This document shows, in pieces, positions 60,815-63,694 of a stretch of DNA of 63,694 nt. Numbering within the stretch: position 1 is the first letter of the stretch; each line of letters begins with the position of its first letter. This stretch comes from Minisyncoccota bacterium (GTDB lineage: Bacteria; Patescibacteriota; Minisyncoccia; Phycocordibacterales; UBA5272), in the NCBI GenBank assembly GCA_041651055.1, contig JBAZJW010000005.1:1-63694 (forward strand), in the 5' to 3' direction. The notes beneath the pieces were generated by a model that was given only the letters and a program-made list of their open reading frames with translations, made no database searches and was not told where the DNA came from. The translations under genes were made by a program, and so were the position numbers.

Positions 60815-60900
60815 GGAGAGTTACCGAACTGGCGAACGGCTGGCAGCGACGCTTATCAAAACAGGAAGCCAGATGGCAGGTTCGATTCCTGCACTCTTCA
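60815..60900 (+). ncRNA. tRNA-like element with intact acceptor, D and T arms but a 23-nt 'anticodon' loop
   Basis: Acceptor GGAGAGT/ACTCTTC, T8 A9, D arm CCG-AACTGGCGAA-CGG, stem CTGGC/GCCAG enclosing AGCGACGCTTATCAAAACAGGAA, T arm GCAGG-TTCGATT-CCTGC, discriminator A. Confidence 0.5.
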
Positions 60901-60991
60901 TTATTGCTCACCCGTAAAAAACGCATAAGACGGCTAACCTTATGCAAGGTTGTGGCGGATTGTGGGCTTTTATAATTTAAGGAGAAAAAAG

Positions 60992-61258
60992 ATGGAAGTT
61001 GAAAAAAAATACTTGAGACCTAAACAAATGCAAGTTTTTAATAGTATGGAAAAAGGTAAGTGGTATAATGCATACAATTTGCATATTCCGAATGCTCACA
61101 AAATTCTTGTTGCACTTTACAATCAAAATATGGTGGACATGGAAGATGATAATTCTGGAGAAAAATTTTTCAGTAATAACATTCATCACAAATTTAAAAT
61201 AAAAGATGATGTCACAATTATAAACAATATTCCAAAAATTAAAAAACGAAAGATTTAA
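60992..61258 (+). CDS. Hypothetical AT-rich small protein (88 aa)
   Basis: ATG lies behind GGAG. The C-terminus is Lys-rich. Confidence 0.5.
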   Translation: MEVEKKYLRPKQMQVFNSMEKGKWYNAYNLHIPNAHKILVALYNQNMVDMEDDNSGEKFFSNNIHHKFKIKDDVTIINNIPKIKKRKI

Positions 61259-61308
61259 ATAGAAGCTTTACAATTACTATTATAATAAAAAAGTGAGGTG
61301 TAAAAAAG
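61250..61308 (+). promoter_or_regulatory. Early-type promoter (TATA plus CTATTATAAT)
   Basis: AAAGATTTAAATA...CTATTATAAT...GAGGTG.... Confidence 0.6.
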
Positions 61309-61614
61309 ATGACAACATTAATTTTGGAGGCGCAACGCAAAGAGATACTAAGCCGTGGCGGACTGCTTCAGTCAGTGTTTGGTGACATGTCACCAGAAGA
61401 AGCACTAACAAGGCTTCAACAACCGCAAGAGCCACGCCCGATAATTCTGAGAAGACGATTTTCTGACCCACTGTTTGCACGCAAGCTGCTCGTCATGAAA
61501 GACAACGTCAGGCACAAGTTTAGACTGCAGAGAAAAATAAAGGACGTTGACAAGGAATACAAAGCACTTCCATATTATGGAAGACAAATTGAAGTTATCG
61601 AGGTGCACAGATGA
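61309..61614 (+). CDS. Hypothetical protein (101 aa)
   Basis: Track ORF behind the promoter. Confidence 0.6.
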   Translation: MTTLILEAQRKEILSRGGLLQSVFGDMSPEEALTRLQQPQEPRPIILRRRFSDPLFARKLLVMKDNVRHKFRLQRKIKDVDKEYKALPYYGRQIEVIEVHR

Positions 61615-62084
61615 GCGGAAACATAATGGACGATTTGAGACAGACAGCTTCTGGCATTCCGCCAGACCCCAAGATGTTCTTCATCCTTAACAGGTGGTTC
61701 AGCAATGAGCCCACCAATGCAGAACTTTGTGAGCGCCTTGACAAGTTCAGCAGGGGCAGGGCTAATCCTGAACTGCTTTGCAACATGCTGGCAAGGGGAG
61801 TTAACAAGCAGAAAACATTCATTCCTTACATCAAGAAGGCCAAGGACGAGGACGAAGAGCTTGTCGAAGAACTTAGACGATACTACGGAATGAGCACTCA
61901 CGAGTTCGCAGTGCAGCGCAAGTACATGAGCATTCATGACAAGAAGCTTCTTGCTCAGGTCGCAACGGCACTGGGTTGGGACTCTAAGAAGTGCAAGGAC
62001 TTCGGCGTTGAGTACGTCAAGCCAGAAGTAAAGAAGCTACCCAAGACCAAAGAGCCACAGGGCAAGAGCCTATTTAACTTTTGA
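61611..62084 (+). CDS. Hypothetical protein with C-terminal PIP-like tail (157 aa)
   Basis: It ends in PQGKSLFNF, close to the PolB tail QKSLWNI. Confidence 0.6.
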   Translation: MSGNIMDDLRQTASGIPPDPKMFFILNRWFSNEPTNAELCERLDKFSRGRANPELLCNMLARGVNKQKTFIPYIKKAKDEDEELVEELRRYYGMSTHEFAVQRKYMSIHDKKLLAQVATALGWDSKKCKDFGVEYVKPEVKKLPKTKEPQGKSLFNF

Positions 62085-62091
62085 GGTCGCA

Positions 62092-62226
62092 ATGGTCAAG
62101 TGTGCTAGATGCAACAGGGAAATGAAGAACCCCGAGAGCATTGAGCGAGGCTTCGGAATTACTTGCTGGAAGAAAATGCACCCGAAGCCAGAACAGAAGT
62201 TACTATCAGATTTTAATGAGGTGTAA
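62092..62226 (+). CDS. Small zinc-ribbon protein (44 aa), DUF6011-like pattern
   Basis: Hand-translated MVKCARCNREMKNPESIERGFGITCWKKMHPKPEQKLLSDFNEV, which fits C-x2-C...G-x-G-x-x-C. Confidence 0.4.
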   Translation: MVKCARCNREMKNPESIERGFGITCWKKMHPKPEQKLLSDFNEV

Positions 62227-62229
62227 AAA

Positions 62230-62577
62230 ATGGGATTGTTTGACGACAAGACGATTGAGAAAATGCGTGAAGACAAGTTCAACAAAGCAATAGCGGAAGG
62301 CATGAGTTTGAGGGACGCTGAAATGGCATTCCACACCAGTGATGAGATACCACAGTCCGCAATCAAGGGCGTGAATCCGCAGCCGTTGAAGATTTTGTTC
62401 TACTTCAAAACAGCTCCAGAAGTGGAACTCGTGAAGAGGCACTTCAACGTTCTTGAGTACGTTGAACTCAACACTAGCGACACAGAGTTGTTGCTTAGAC
62501 TTTTACTTGCACTGGAGACGGGAATAATAAAGGAGGATGACTTGCCATGCTTGAAGAAATCAGAAAATCAGCTCTAA
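62230..62577 (+). CDS. Hypothetical protein (115 aa)
   Basis: Track ORF. It overlaps the radical SAM start by 31 nt. Confidence 0.55.
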   Translation: MGLFDDKTIEKMREDKFNKAIAEGMSLRDAEMAFHTSDEIPQSAIKGVNPQPLKILFYFKTAPEVELVKRHFNVLEYVELNTSDTELLLRLLLALETGIIKEDDLPCLKKSENQL

Positions 62578-63694
62578 GGTGGGCTGAGAACAACCAGGAC
62601 AAGACCTGCACGAAAGGTTGGTACAACAGTCCTAGAATTAGCAGTGAGTTCATGGACTGCTCAACCCCGTTCAGCTTTGACCTGTACAACTTCTGCTCAT
62701 TCGGTTGCTTGTACTGTTTCGCATACTACAGCAAGGCAAACAATCCGAGCGTGGCGCACAACAACAAAGCAATGGAACTGAAGAGCGTGAACGTGGACAA
62801 GATACTGGACATTTTCGAAGGCAAGTTCCCGAACAATATTTACTACAAGCACTTCATCAAGAACCGCAAGGTCATCCACATTGGCGGACTGGCGGACAAC
62901 TTCTGCAACTTCGAGCGCAAGAACAAGCGAGGACTGCGCATAATCGAGTACCTGCTCAAGACGGGCTACCCAACAATCATCAGCACCAAAGGTGACTTCC
63001 TCAGCATTCCCGAGTACGCTGAGATGTTCGAGAAGTACAAGGACACTGCCAAGATGGCAATTCAGTTCAGCATAATAACTAACAAGCCAGAACTTGCAGC
63101 GCAGATTGAAGTAGGAGCGCCTTCGCCTGTACGACGCATGGAGATTCTCAAGCAGATGCATGCTTGGGGTTACTGGACAATATTGCGCCTCAGACCTTTC
63201 CTCATAGGCGTGAGTGATAGAGACCTGGACGGGTTCCTGCAGTGCATGAACACTTACGACATTGACGCAATCAGCACTGAGTTCTACTGCTTAGATATGA
63301 GGGCGAAGGAAGAAGACAAGAAGCGTTACAAGTGGATGAGTGATGTTTGCGGATTCGACATCATTGACTATTACGAGAAGTTGTCGCCTGCTAGTAGAGG
63401 CACTTACCGCAGGCTAAACAGGAACGTAAAAGAAAAGTACGTGAAGAAAATGTACAAGTTCTGCGTTGAGAATGGAAAGCACTTTGCCATAAGCGACCCC
63501 GACTTTAAAGAACTCAACATGAGTGGCTCTTGCTGTGGTCTCCCTGATGACTGGAACTGGTGCAGGAACCAGATGACGAACCTGCTCAGGCTTGCAAGGA
63601 AGAAGTACATGGAAACTGGTGAGGCGATAGTCACGTATGATGACGTTGTCATGGACGCCATTGAAGAACTGTGGAAGAAAGAAAACAAGTTCTT
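62547..63694 (+). CDS. Radical SAM enzyme, SplB/spore-photoproduct-lyase-like (N-terminal 382 codons; runs off the window end and continues at 135..360)
   Basis: ATG 62547 lies behind AGGAGG. It carries a CX3CX2C cluster CSFGCLYC in ...FDLYNFCSFGCLYCFAYY.... The frame is open to the window end and in phase with 13..360 through the repeat (63573 = 13). It is absent from the ORF track because it has no stop inside the window. Confidence 0.75.
   Translation, partial: MLEEIRKSALRWAENNQDKTCTKGWYNSPRISSEFMDCSTPFSFDLYNFCSFGCLYCFAYYSKANNPSVAHNNKAMELKSVNVDKILDIFEGKFPNNIYYKHFIKNRKVIHIGGLADNFCNFERKNKRGLRIIEYLLKTGYPTIISTKGDFLSIPEYAEMFEKYKDTAKMAIQFSIITNKPELAAQIEVGAPSPVRRMEILKQMHAWGYWTILRLRPFLIGVSDRDLDGFLQCMNTYDIDAISTEFYCLDMRAKEEDKKRYKWMSDVCGFDIIDYYEKLSPASRGTYRRLNRNVKEKYVKKMYKFCVENGKHFAISDPDFKELNMSGSCCGLPDDWNWCRNQMTNLLRLARKKYMETGEAIVTYDDVVMDAIEELWKKENKF
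63569..63694. repeat. Right copy of 126-bp terminal direct repeat (= 9..134)
   Basis: Same as the left copy. The offset of 63,560 nt gives the genome period. Confidence 0.9.

Noticed and set aside
60815-60900. tRNA-like element as attP of an integrating provirus
   Set aside because: I recognise no tyrosine or serine recombinase-like ORF anywhere in the 63.56-kb circle. The element contains both tRNA halves rather than only a 3' fragment. This reading is kept only as a minor alternative.
61611-62084. 157-aa protein as a T4 gp62-like clamp-loader accessory subunit
   Set aside because: The resemblance (FILNRWFS..., ...IPYIKK..., ...YYGMSTHEF) rests on my recollection of gp62 patterns and is too weak to annotate. 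Only the PIP-like tail is reported.
1-63694. Search for a ThyA-like dUMP/dCMP hydroxymethylase, a TET/JBP dioxygenase, DpdA/TGT or QueC/D/E genes that would specify the modified base
   Set aside because: I recognise no ORF with thymidylate-synthase, 2OG-Fe(II) or 7-deazaguanine pathway motifs. The chemistry of the putative modification therefore stays open rather than being assigned.

Overview
The window appears to be the complete genome of an uncharacterised tailed archaeal virus. A 126-bp end overlap (9..134 = 63569..63694) closes it into a circle or circular permutation with a 63,560-bp period, and one radical SAM gene reads straight across the junction.

Archaeal affinity rests on four observations:
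- BRE/TATA promoters (AAAG-TTTAWATA) sit about 23-30 nt upstream of starts.
- Terminators are oligo-T runs.
- The replisome is archaeo-eukaryotic: family B polymerase, PCNA, RFC small-subunit homologue, AEP primase fused to an SF3 helicase, Hjc-like resolvase and Cas4-like nuclease.
- A tRNA carries an A1:U72 pair.

Genes form two divergent arms leaving an AT-rich, repeat-flanked origin at about 52.6-53.16 kb. The + arm (53163 -> junction -> 19457) carries replication, DNA-modification, regulator and glycosylation genes. The - arm (52547 -> 19530) carries radical SAM/methyltransferase genes, terminase, a portal-MuF fusion, protease-scaffold, HK97-fold capsid, connectors, tail tube, a frameshifted chaperone, tape measure, a low-GC island with a 2060-aa secreted LamG protein, and a lysis cassette.

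The strongest candidate for a new system is a five-gene cluster that only becomes contiguous after circularisation (62547..63694 + 135..3105). It encodes an SPL-like radical SAM, a P-loop kinase, a stand-alone class II glutamine amidotransferase, a 351-aa helical protein and a GNAT. This is the enzyme set of phage thymidine hypermodification, in a new combination and in an archaeal virus.

Other notable items:
- a six-gene sugar-activation/glycosyltransferase island;
- a radical SAM/SPASM-like plus methyltransferase plus small-ORF cluster;
- shared C-terminal PIP-like tails;
- two aberrant tRNA-like genes;
- an A10 -1 frameshift in the tail chaperone;
- two sharply conserved promoter classes.

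All functional calls come from motifs read by eye. No database search was possible, so family names are hypotheses unless the motif is quoted.
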